From positions 16,451 to 80,450 of IMG/VR virus record IMGVR_UViG_2643221933_000001: a DNA stretch of 64,000 nt; one strand, 5' to 3'. Below, one piece after another: positions 55,971 through 64,000 of the stretch (its first letter is position 1; each line of letters starts with the position of its first letter). Origin of the DNA: a virus (taxonomy: Duplodnaviria > Caudoviricetes). The notes under the pieces were generated by a model, which was not told the DNA's origin, did not search any database, and was given only the letters and a program-made list of their open reading frames with translations. The translations under genes and the position numbers were made by a program.

Positions 55971-56308
55971 TACTGGACACCTCCGAGATGAAGGGCCTTG
56001 AGAAGGTAGGGGGCGACCACGGCGCCAATTCCGGTGATGACGGAGAAGGTCGCCAGCATGCGGATCATCTTCTCCTGCAGGGCCGTAACCTTGGCTTCCA
56101 GAGCGTTCTGGTTTGCCGTCAGCATCGAGACTGACTCCTTGAAGGAGTCCTTCAGCTCGTCGTGCTTCTGCGTCATGAAGCTGTTCCTTTCCTCGATCGT
56201 TACGAGGCGCTCCATGAATTTGGCGATATCACCGACCCGATCGGTCAATTGACCAACGGCTTTCTCAACACTTTCAAGACGGAAGTTAGTGTTGGGATCA
56301 GATGTCAT
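55970..56308 (-). CDS. Coiled-coil protein with C-terminal TM (lysis-associated)
   Basis: AAGGAG SD; TAATG-coupled to the endolysin. Confidence 0.6.
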   Translation of the reverse strand: MTSDPNTNFRLESVEKAVGQLTDRVGDIAKFMERLVTIEERNSFMTQKHDELKDSFKESVSMLTANQNALEAKVTALQEKMIRMLATFSVITGIGAVVAPYLLKALHLGGVQ

Positions 56309-56332
56309 TCGGGGCACTCCTTATTCCACTTT

Positions 56333-56361
56333 ATATGGAAGTAAGGGTGCCCCGATGTAAG
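56333..56361 (-). promoter_or_regulatory. Putative lysis promoter (CTTACA-N16-TCCATAT)
   Basis: Same spacing and -10 as the head/terminase promoters. Confidence 0.4.
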
Positions 56362-56392
56362 TCAGAGTTGATGTCCTATGCAGCTCAGTGCA

Positions 56393-56566
56393 TCACGCGG
56401 GAACCTCATAGGCTGAAGCCACATCACCGTTGTCGAAGGTTGCAATGACGGACTCTTTTTCGACCGTGCCGATCATGATGTGAACGCCCTGTCCATCGCG
56501 GACCAAGCGGTCGCCTTCGAACGTGATCTTCTCGCCATCCTTGAGCGAGACCTTGAACTTTTTCAT
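56393..56566 (-). CDS. Small beta-rich hypothetical protein
   Basis: AGGAG SD. Confidence 0.55.
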   Translation of the reverse strand: MKKFKVSLKDGEKITFEGDRLVRDGQGVHIMIGTVEKESVIATFDNGDVASAYEVPA

Positions 56567-56658
56567 GCCATTCTCTCCTGAGTTGTTCGGGCAATATGTG
56601 GCTATTCCGCCCTCAGTCTTCAACCCGGAATCACGGTCACGTAAGTTCTATTATGGAA

Positions 56659-57096
56659 CTAATCTTCCGGCTGGTGCCACCATGGTTGTTCCTCCGTCAA
56701 CCGCTTACCACGCTCGATCAGAGATCTTCGAGCTTGAGTGATCAACTTATCAAAGGCTTCCACGCAACCGTTTTCCCTTACCAATTGAATTCGGTCCAAG
56801 TCATTTCGAGATGGCAGTCTGGATACGATCTTGAGCAGTTGCCAGTGAGAGAGCGGGCATACATCTTCGCCGAAGTTCTCACGCCTGGCTCTGACTGCTG
56901 CTCTCTGTAACTCAGACAAAAGGGCCCACTCAATACCCGTCATCCCCTCCGGTCGGTTAGGTAAATTGGGGCCGGTGGGAAAAATTGAATTCTGCGGCTG
57001 GTGTTCAAACTCCCTAACGACGTGTCTTCCGGCGTGTGAGCCTACGATATCTGAGGCATCAGCACCGGCACCAAACGTCCGTTCGAAATCACCCAT
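56659..57096 (-). CDS. Low-GC hypothetical moron protein
   Basis: GAGG SD; AT-richer. Confidence 0.55.
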   Translation of the reverse strand: MGDFERTFGAGADASDIVGSHAGRHVVREFEHQPQNSIFPTGPNLPNRPEGMTGIEWALLSELQRAAVRARRENFGEDVCPLSHWQLLKIVSRLPSRNDLDRIQLVRENGCVEAFDKLITQARRSLIERGKRLTEEQPWWHQPED

Positions 57097-57184
57097 CGCA
57101 ATTCCTCTCAAAGATCTACGTCCCGCGCACATTCATTTTGCAGTTTTCTACTCAAGTCAATCGACGGTTGATGTACCCGCGATT

Positions 57185-57421
57185 TCAATGAAGGTCGGTG
57201 TAGCCGCGCCGCCGCTTCTGTCGAAGAAGATCTTGCATCAGGGCCTCGGCGTCGTGCCGCTGGGTGAAATGGTGCGTCAAGCGTTTGCCATGTGTTCCGA
57301 CACGGCCCCACGATCTTACCAAGGCGACCTCACCAAAAAGGGTCGTCTCTATGGACAGCGCATAGAAGCGGGCCATCCTCCGACTCGGGTCTCGCCGCTC
57401 GGTGTAAACGTGATCAACCAT
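57185..57421 (-). CDS. WGR-domain protein
   Basis: MARFY.L....LFG...L.RSWGRVG..G, K.RRGY. Confidence 0.85.
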   Translation of the reverse strand: MVDHVYTERRDPSRRMARFYALSIETTLFGEVALVRSWGRVGTHGKRLTHHFTQRHDAEALMQDLLRQKRRRGYTDLH

Positions 57422-57487
57422 GTCCGAGTGTTGCGCTGCTCGAGCCTGACGTCCAATCAGAGTTCTGAATCAATCAGCTCGAACGAT

Positions 57488-57649
57488 TCAGGATGCTGAT
57501 GGACCATAGAGGTCTGTGAAGCGATCCCGGATCATCTTGATGATGAGCTCGCTCCCGGAGAGCCGATAGGTATCGGCCAGGACGGCCAGCTTCTGCCGAT
57601 CCTCTTCGGTGCCATATGCGATGATGCCGGCGTTACGCTTCTTCCTCAA
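57488..57649 (-). CDS. Small RHH/CopG-like DNA-binding protein
   Basis: TTGA overlap; strand-helix-helix pattern KL..LA.....S.SELI..MI. Confidence 0.45.
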   Translation of the reverse strand: MRKKRNAGIIAYGTEEDRQKLAVLADTYRLSGSELIIKMIRDRFTDLYGPSAS

Positions 57650-58035
57650 AACAGCTTCCAGTCCACGGTTGCGGCGGCTTCGATTTCCGCAGGCGTCATG
57701 GCCAGGGAGACCGCAGCCTTGGCGGCAAGGCGCCGGTCCTCGATCATGGGTGATACTGTGAGCCACTGCTGGCGCATGGTCAGGTAGATCACCGCCTGGT
57801 CGAACAAGGTGATCTGGTTCATGGCCGCTTCCGCAACCAGGTGCGGGATCTCGCCGTGGTTGATGTCCTGATCCCGCATGAAATTCTCGGCCTCATCGCG
57901 CTTCTGGTCGTAGACCATTGCCTGGCCGGACCCGAGCGTCATGAAGATGCCGCGGGTCGCTTCGGCTTCTCGATCGATGCGAGCCAGAGCCGCATCCCGG
58001 ATCGGGGTCAGATCCTTCTTCAGTTTAAGCAGCAT
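57646..58035 (-). CDS. Tail-fibre-associated protein
   Basis: ID..AE..R, GQAMVY..K..EA, R..AK motifs; downstream of the tail protein. Confidence 0.65.
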   Translation of the reverse strand: MLLKLKKDLTPIRDAALARIDREAEATRGIFMTLGSGQAMVYDQKRDEAENFMRDQDINHGEIPHLVAEAAMNQITLFDQAVIYLTMRQQWLTVSPMIEDRRLAAKAAVSLAMTPAEIEAAATVDWKLF

Positions 58036-58438
58036 GGACGGTGACCTTTGTCGTGCAGGGCATGAAGGGGAACGCTTCGAACGTCAGCGAGTAGACTGCC
58101 GGCATGTCGGGCTCGAGCGTGAGCTCGCCGCCGGTCAGCTCGATCGTCTCGCCGTCCATGGTGAGCGTGACACGGTCGGGGAGTCCGTCCAAGGTGAGGC
58201 TCTCACCTACCGTGAGGTCGATCGCAGGCTCGATATCGAACGTCGGGCGGATCAGAACCTCGGTCCCCGACACGTAGAACCCCTGCATGTTCGGCAGCTC
58301 CTCGCAGGCATAGACTGGCCGGCCAGTCCCCTCCTCCTGCAGCAGCAGCTCGTCCACCGAGTAGACATTGCCGTAGTCCGTGATCTCGCCCTTGGCGTCA
58401 GCCTGCACGAACCAAAATGCGTCGGGTGCGCTCGTCAT
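58025..58438 (-). CDS. Tail-associated hypothetical protein
   Basis: ATGA-coupled to the tail protein. Confidence 0.6.
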   Translation of the reverse strand: MTSAPDAFWFVQADAKGEITDYGNVYSVDELLLQEEGTGRPVYACEELPNMQGFYVSGTEVLIRPTFDIEPAIDLTVGESLTLDGLPDRVTLTMDGETIELTGGELTLEPDMPAVYSLTFEAFPFMPCTTKVTVHAA

Positions 58439-61400
58439 TTCTTCAACCTCGTGATCGTCCAGGACGTGCCGTCGTTCGTCATGCTCGTGGTGCTGCCGAA
58501 GTAGTTCATGTTCCTGTCGTTGTTCCGCATTGCCCCGCCGGACCCAAGGACAAAGACCAGGGTGATCGTCACGGACTGAGCGTTGTCACCGTTCGTCCAG
58601 CTTCCCGAGATCGACTGCGTGGCGCAGCCGTAACTGTCGATCCCCGGCCCAGAAATCCGGATCGTGTCGAGCGTCGATCCCCCGACACGCAGGGATGCCT
58701 CACCGAAATAGACGACCTCAGAATTGGCTTCCAAAGGTGCCCGCAGGTTCCAGAAACCGTTGATGACGATGCGTTCCTGTGGTGCCAAGGACAGGGTCCG
58801 TGACAGGATCGTCGTGGTCGCGGATTTGGGAACGCTGTTGCCACTGGTGTTGAAGTAGATCGTGGAGACACCGCCGTTGACGAGCTTTTCCCCGTTCAGC
58901 GTGGCGTCGACGATATCAAGGTTGGTGACCTTGATGCTCAAAGCCGAAAGGCTCGTGACATTGATTTCGCGGGACGTGATGGAGTTCGCCGCCATCTGCG
59001 ATGCAGTGATGGTGTTCGCAGCGATCTCGCGGGCGGTGATCGCGTTCGCGGCGATCTTCGCGCTCGTGATCGCATTGGACACGATGGCCGCGGCCGCGAC
59101 GGAGTTAGCAGCCAGCTCGTTGGCAGTGATCGCGTTCGCGGCGATCTGGCCGGCGGTGATCGCATTGGCTGCAACCTTTGCTGCCGTGATCGCTCCGTTG
59201 ACGATCAGATGCCCACCGGTTGCACGGCCACAGGTCACGCTGTGGAAGTCAGCATTGCCGGCCACAACCTTACCGGTGTTGGCCTCGGACGTGAAGCGAA
59301 CGAAGCGGATGCGAGCGAAGACGGCATCCGCAGGCGCACGGAGGATGGTGTCGTACCGCTCGGCGCCGTTGTTATCTAGGGTCTTGCTGGCGAAGGTGTT
59401 GTAGGTGACGTTCACCGAGGTAGTCTTATCCGCGGTGAACCAGTAGAGGCGGGCGTTAGCGGAGCCTGGCGAGGAGGCTTCGTTTGTGCTCGACGGGTCG
59501 ATGGTGACACCGACCGCGTAGTCAACACCCGGTGAGACGGGGAAGTAATCCGAGTTGACCGCGCCCAAGGTAGAGCTCGAAGAGGCCGTAACCCCGTTGA
59601 TCCGCATGGCCTTCCCTGCCGTCGCAAGGCTGTGGCCATTGATGTAGGGGTTGTTCGGGCCACCGAGCTGCCAGTTCGTGATGTCAGCCATGACGGCGTC
59701 AGGGACCAGGTTGGTCAAGTCCCCGATCACGAGCTGCTTCGCCGTGATTGTGTTCGCGGCGATCTGGGCTGAAGTGATCGTGTTGGCAGCCACCTCGCGG
59801 GCGGTGATGGCGTTGGCTGCGATGTTTGCGGAGGTGATGGTGTTGGCTGCGATCTCGTTCGCCGTGACAGCGTTCGCCGCGATCTTTGCCGACGTGATCG
59901 CGTTGGCCAGCAGCTGTTCGGTCGTGATGGCGTTGGCCGCGACCTCACGAGCTGTGATCGCGTCGGCCGCGACCTTGCCGGCGGTCACAGCGTTCGCCAC
60001 GAGTTGACCGGCCGTGATGGCGTTGGCCGCGACCTCATTGGCCGTTACGGCGTTGGCAGCGATCTTGACGGTGGTGATGGCGTTCGCGAGGATCTGGCTT
60101 GCGGTCACAGCGTTCGCTGCGATCGTCGTTGCCACGACGGAGTTGGCGGCAATCTTCAGCGTGGAAACGGCATTGTCGGCCAACGTGGTTTCGTTGACAG
60201 CGAGCGCGGCCAGCTGGGTATTGGTGACAGCGTTCGCAGCGATCTTCGCAGACGATACGGCGTTGGCGACCATCTTTGCGGTCGTGATGGCATTGTCTGC
60301 CATCTTGGCGCTGTTCACCGCCAGATCGGCCATCTGGCCGGCGGTCACAGCGTTCGCTGCGATCTTGCCCGTGGCGACGGCGAGGTCCGCGATCTTGGTG
60401 ACGTCGACGATCTGGTTCTGCAGTTTCGCGGCGTCAACCGAGAGCGCTGCGAGCTTCTCGGTGGTCACGGCATTGGCGGCGATCTTGCCCTGAACGACAG
60501 CGTTGGCGGCGAGCTTGTCGGCCGTGATCACAGCAGCGTCAACCGCTGCGGTGTCGATCAAGATCGGGGTGCCGGTCTGCGATGCGGTGAAGGCGGAACG
60601 GTTGCCGTCGAAGTCCTTCGCCCGAGCCCAGAGGAAGTAGGGCTGGCCGTGCTTCATGCCCGGGACGACGACGCTCGTGCCATTCGAGGCGGCGCCGAAC
60701 TTGGCTGTCGCGACGTCGTTGACCGTGCTGTAGAAGACCTCGACCGCCTCGAGGTCGGAGTCGTTAGGGTTGACCCATTCCGCTATCATGAAGCCGATGC
60801 CACCGCGGACGGTGAAGCTGGTCGGAAGACCAGGCGGGATCAGATCCTTGGCGAACTGGGCCGGAACCTCGACGGACATCTGGTTGCCGAAGTTGAGGTT
60901 GGTGTCCCCGAACACATCATAGAACGCGATCTTGACGTAGTTCGTCGCAGCGTAGGCCGGGTCGAACGGAACGTCGGTGTTCGGGCCCTTGTAGCGCAGG
61001 GTCTCCGCACTGGGCGTGAACCCGCTGGTGGTCGAGCTGTGGATGACCACGCCCATGAAGTCGCGCTCGGCCGGCGGGGTGTACTTGACCACCGGCAGGC
61101 CGGCCCGAACGGTGACGCTCTGCGTTGCGGGCTTGGCCGGCGCGGAGTTGGTGACCGTGAGCTGCTGGAAGTCCGACAGGAAGCCGAACTGGTCGCTCGA
61201 GGCGACCTTGATCATGAAGCTGCGCCGCGGAGAGCCGTTGTTGTCGGCTACGTTCAACGCATATTCGTAGGTGTAGGTCGGATCATCGATCCGCTCCTCG
61301 CGGATCAGATCCCCAGCCGGGGTGCAGATCCGGACGACGTATTCCTCGAAGGTGGGTGAGGTGTTCTTGCCCCACTGGAAGGTGGGCGACCGGCGCTCGA

Positions 61401-63987
61401 AGGTGGTCGCGCTGGTCTCATCGATCAGCCGCAGCTGGGTGATGTCGTCGACGACCGTCAGGTCACCGATCAGCCGGTGCTCGATGCGGATCGGCTTGGA
61501 CTCATAACCGTTTACATCGACCGCACTGACCTGGAACAGGTATTCACCGGTCGGGATGTCGTCCCATTCGAACTGGTTGACCGTCGTCTCGGCCAGTGTC
61601 GACATCGGGCCGTTGTCGCGGGAACCCTCGATCTTGTATTTGCTGACCGTCTTGGTCGGGCTCTTGTCCCAGGTGAGCAAGACGGTGGCCACCTTGCGGC
61701 TACCACTGCGGCGCGTCGACGGGGTTACCCGGAGATTCTTGACCGGGGCCGGCTTCTTCTTCGTCTCGAGCAGCGACTGATCGAGATCCTCGATCGTGTT
61801 GAACTGGCCGTCGATGAAGAGCCACTTGGCGCGGTACATCATCATGGCCTGGATGTCGACGTTGTCAGGATCGCCGTCGACTTCAGTGATCGACATCACA
61901 CGGAACGCGATCGGCGCGGAGTCGCCGTTGGTCTGCTCGACGGTGAAGACGGCGTCTTCCGGCAGCTCGGGCAAATCAGCAGTGACCGTCAGCTCCGTCA
62001 GTGCGCCGCTGGTGCTGCTCACCAGGTTGCGGCTCTCGATGACGAAGTCGTCGGTGGCAGGGCTGATCAGCTGGAAGCTGATCTTGTAGGAGAAGCCCGG
62101 TTCGAAGAAGAGGGGTTCGCGGAGCTGGATCTTGCGCGGGCTCGTGACGGACTTCACGCGACCCGAGAGACCAAACTCCATGTCCGGATCGGACAGCAGG
62201 ATCACATCGTACGGCGACAGGTAGAGGCCCATGCGGTTGGTCTTGAAGTTGACCATCATGGTTTCTTTGATGCCCGTGATCAGGTGGTACCGGGCGCGGC
62301 GGATTGCCTCTTCCGCATTGGTGCAGCCGACCGCGATGAAGTTGTGCGGGATGCGGCCGTACTGGGCGATGTGGTCGTTGTCGCGAACGGGGCGACGATC
62401 CTCCTGCCACTGCAGGTCCGGGTTCGTGAAGGCGACGGTGATGTCGTTGTGGCGGGTCGAGATCTCGGTGAAGGAGTAGGTGAACAAGCCCTCGACGACG
62501 TTCTCGGGCGTGAAGATGACAGCGGCGCCGCCATCCTTGTCGATCTTGATGACGCCCGAACCATTGCCGTCGTCGAAGAAGCGGCCGGCGAAGATACCGA
62601 AGATGTAGTTCAGCGCCTCGCGGCCACCACGCGGGTCTGAGATCAGGCCGTTGTACGTGAAGCGGGGCGCCCCGCTCGCCGTGCGGACGTCGCACCACTG
62701 GCCAGCCTCGTAGACGTCCATCTTGGACAGCACGATCGGATAGTAGGCGTTCATGCCATACCGATCGTTCATGACGAGGTCGTAGCCGACGAAGGCCGGG
62801 TTGTTGGTGTAGGCCAGCTTCCACGTCTGATCCCAGACGCCGCTGTAAAGGCGGGTCACCGGATCGTAGTTGGACGGGACGCGGACGATGCGCCCACGGT
62901 AGATGCCGCCCAGGTCGGGGATGGACGAGAACTGGTCGGAGGCGCGAGCCACGAGCTGGGTCGTTGCGGTGGCCGGGAACTTGTAGGCCTTCGCGGTGAC
63001 TTCCTGGAAACTCTCCCAGGTGATGTCGAACATCTTCTCGGTCGTGTTGATCGGAGACGTCTTCACCACGCGGAACATGTACGGTTCGTTGATCCGGGGA
63101 ACCGGAACACGGAACTCCTTGGGGAAGGTCTGCGTGGTCTTGGCCGTGAGTTCGATCTGGCCATCCTCGACCTCGACCGTCCCGCCGGTGCTGTTCTCGC
63201 CAAAGGTGCCGGGGCGCAGCGTCGATCCGGCGATGACCCAAGCCGATCCGTTGAAGAAGAAGGCCTGGTTCTTGGCCGTGTTCAGCCAGTAATCGCCCTG
63301 CTCATAGGTGCGGTTGGTCGGCAGCTTGGCGCCGACGAATGCCGTGGTCGACTTGTCGCTGCCCCAGCTCGATTCCTCGGACCAGGTCCAGTGGCTGTTG
63401 GCGAACTTGGCGTTGCGCGGAAGGGTCCAGACCTGGTCTTCGTAGACCTTCGGCTCGAAGTTGTTTGCGGTGTTGAACCAGATCCCCGCGTTGGCCGTGG
63501 AGATCGGCGCGGTCGCGGACCAGTAGGTAGGACGGTCGCCGGGTGACCCTGCGACATCCTTCGAGGAGTCCTTGTCCCCGTAGTATTTGTCGAAGCTGGC
63601 ATCGGAGATCTGGGGCGGAAGCGGGTTCTTCGCGTTCGTCCGGACAGGGGTCCAGGCGCCAGCACTCACGGCCTTGTATTCGATGCGCCACTTGCCGGTG
63701 TGTTCGAACGTGCCCTTGCTCGTGCTCTTGACGAGCTGATTGATGGCGAAGCGGAAATCGACATAGTCGATCTGAGTGTGCTGGCCAGTCCGGATGACTG
63801 CGACGTCGGTCTCGAGCCGAGTGCTGACGGTGGTCGAAGCACCAAATCCGCCGAGACGCGAGTTGATATCCTCGCCGGCTTCCGTGCCTTTGTAGTCGAC
63901 GAGCTCGAAGTTGTCGAAGTTGCTCTGGTCGTTTGGATCTTTGAGAGGTGTCTGGCCGATGACGAAGCTCTTGGCTCCGTCTGCCAA
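58435..63987 (-). CDS. Tail tip / host-specificity protein (lambda J-like) with FN3 domains and fibre repeats; 5' end probably lies beyond the window
   Basis: G..VRVPSNYDP.TR.Y.G.WD, TNNPA, PRFT.N, F...NV..G.F.Y, GCT...EA.R. Confidence 0.9.
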   Translation of the reverse strand: MADGAKSFVIGQTPLKDPNDQSNFDNFELVDYKGTEAGEDINSRLGGFGASTTVSTRLETDVAVIRTGQHTQIDYVDFRFAINQLVKSTSKGTFEHTGKWRIEYKAVSAGAWTPVRTNAKNPLPPQISDASFDKYYGDKDSSKDVAGSPGDRPTYWSATAPISTANAGIWFNTANNFEPKVYEDQVWTLPRNAKFANSHWTWSEESSWGSDKSTTAFVGAKLPTNRTYEQGDYWLNTAKNQAFFFNGSAWVIAGSTLRPGTFGENSTGGTVEVEDGQIELTAKTTQTFPKEFRVPVPRINEPYMFRVVKTSPINTTEKMFDITWESFQEVTAKAYKFPATATTQLVARASDQFSSIPDLGGIYRGRIVRVPSNYDPVTRLYSGVWDQTWKLAYTNNPAFVGYDLVMNDRYGMNAYYPIVLSKMDVYEAGQWCDVRTASGAPRFTYNGLISDPRGGREALNYIFGIFAGRFFDDGNGSGVIKIDKDGGAAVIFTPENVVEGLFTYSFTEISTRHNDITVAFTNPDLQWQEDRRPVRDNDHIAQYGRIPHNFIAVGCTNAEEAIRRARYHLITGIKETMMVNFKTNRMGLYLSPYDVILLSDPDMEFGLSGRVKSVTSPRKIQLREPLFFEPGFSYKISFQLISPATDDFVIESRNLVSSTSGALTELTVTADLPELPEDAVFTVEQTNGDSAPIAFRVMSITEVDGDPDNVDIQAMMMYRAKWLFIDGQFNTIEDLDQSLLETKKKPAPVKNLRVTPSTRRSGSRKVATVLLTWDKSPTKTVSKYKIEGSRDNGPMSTLAETTVNQFEWDDIPTGEYLFQVSAVDVNGYESKPIRIEHRLIGDLTVVDDITQLRLIDETSATTFERRSPTFQWGKNTSPTFEEYVVRICTPAGDLIREERIDDPTYTYEYALNVADNNGSPRRSFMIKVASSDQFGFLSDFQQLTVTNSAPAKPATQSVTVRAGLPVVKYTPPAERDFMGVVIHSSTTSGFTPSAETLRYKGPNTDVPFDPAYAATNYVKIAFYDVFGDTNLNFGNQMSVEVPAQFAKDLIPPGLPTSFTVRGGIGFMIAEWVNPNDSDLEAVEVFYSTVNDVATAKFGAASNGTSVVVPGMKHGQPYFLWARAKDFDGNRSAFTASQTGTPILIDTAAVDAAVITADKLAANAVVQGKIAANAVTTEKLAALSVDAAKLQNQIVDVTKIADLAVATGKIAANAVTAGQMADLAVNSAKMADNAITTAKMVANAVSSAKIAANAVTNTQLAALAVNETTLADNAVSTLKIAANSVVATTIAANAVTASQILANAITTVKIAANAVTANEVAANAITAGQLVANAVTAGKVAADAITAREVAANAITTEQLLANAITSAKIAANAVTANEIAANTITSANIAANAITAREVAANTITSAQIAANTITAKQLVIGDLTNLVPDAVMADITNWQLGGPNNPYINGHSLATAGKAMRINGVTASSSSTLGAVNSDYFPVSPGVDYAVGVTIDPSSTNEASSPGSANARLYWFTADKTTSVNVTYNTFASKTLDNNGAERYDTILRAPADAVFARIRFVRFTSEANTGKVVAGNADFHSVTCGRATGGHLIVNGAITAAKVAANAITAGQIAANAITANELAANSVAAAAIVSNAITSAKIAANAITAREIAANTITASQMAANSITSREINVTSLSALSIKVTNLDIVDATLNGEKLVNGGVSTIYFNTSGNSVPKSATTTILSRTLSLAPQERIVINGFWNLRAPLEANSEVVYFGEASLRVGGSTLDTIRISGPGIDSYGCATQSISGSWTNGDNAQSVTITLVFVLGSGGAMRNNDRNMNYFGSTTSMTNDGTSWTITRLKK
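58965..60535 (-). repeat. Tandem 30-bp (10-aa, ANAITAxxIA) repeats in two blocks
   Basis: Blocks at about 60535-59730 and 59195-58965, separated by a globular insert. Confidence 0.85.
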
Positions 63988-64000
63988 TCCGACGATTGGC

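Larger units (their letters stand above)
1..64000. mobile_element. Tailed phage genome (partial), probable phage-plasmid of an alphaproteobacterium
   Basis: Terminase, portal, capsid, tail and lysis genes plus a phage replisome run through the whole window; no host housekeeping flank; parA cassette present; no integrase seen. Confidence 0.9.

Noticed and set aside
58435-59000. DGR variable region or invertible shufflon at the tail tip
   Set aside because: No reverse transcriptase, template repeat or invertase in the window

Overview
This window is most of a high-GC tailed dsDNA phage genome, and it continues beyond both edges. The host is very probably an alphaproteobacterium (Rhizobiales-like), based on a GapR/DUF2312 gene, alpha-type LexA boxes (GTTC-N7-GTTC) and rhizobial plasmid-type small genes. 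Layout: (1) 36-9407, minus strand: head/packaging module with GpA-type terminase, portal, SGNH esterase, prohead protease/scaffold, decoration protein and major capsid. (2) 9538-13634, plus strand: Prim-Pol/SF3 primase-helicase and a low-GC PIN-domain moron. (3) 14053-35289: early/accessory region of many small genes, a probable origin, an M28 peptidase, glutaredoxin, a ParA + small-partner cassette embedded in palindromic repeats, two LexA-boxed units, a TAXI solute-binding protein, GapR and a Lar-like gene. (4) 35303-54378, plus strand: replication and nucleotide module (SF2 helicase, 5'-3' exonuclease, family A polymerase, ATP ligase, ThyX, resolvase, Mre11/Rad50-like pair, HD, DUF5664, MazG, NrdB/NrdA, GT-A glycosyltransferase). 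(5) 54914-63987, minus strand: lysis genes and a large tail host-specificity protein. No integrase, reverse transcriptase, tRNA, rRNA or CRISPR array was seen. The leading hypothesis (inference) is an SOS-inducible phage-plasmid with its own replisome, ssrA-like C-terminal degrons on key proteins, and several families of repeated cis elements. All family assignments come from motif recognition by eye, not from database searches.
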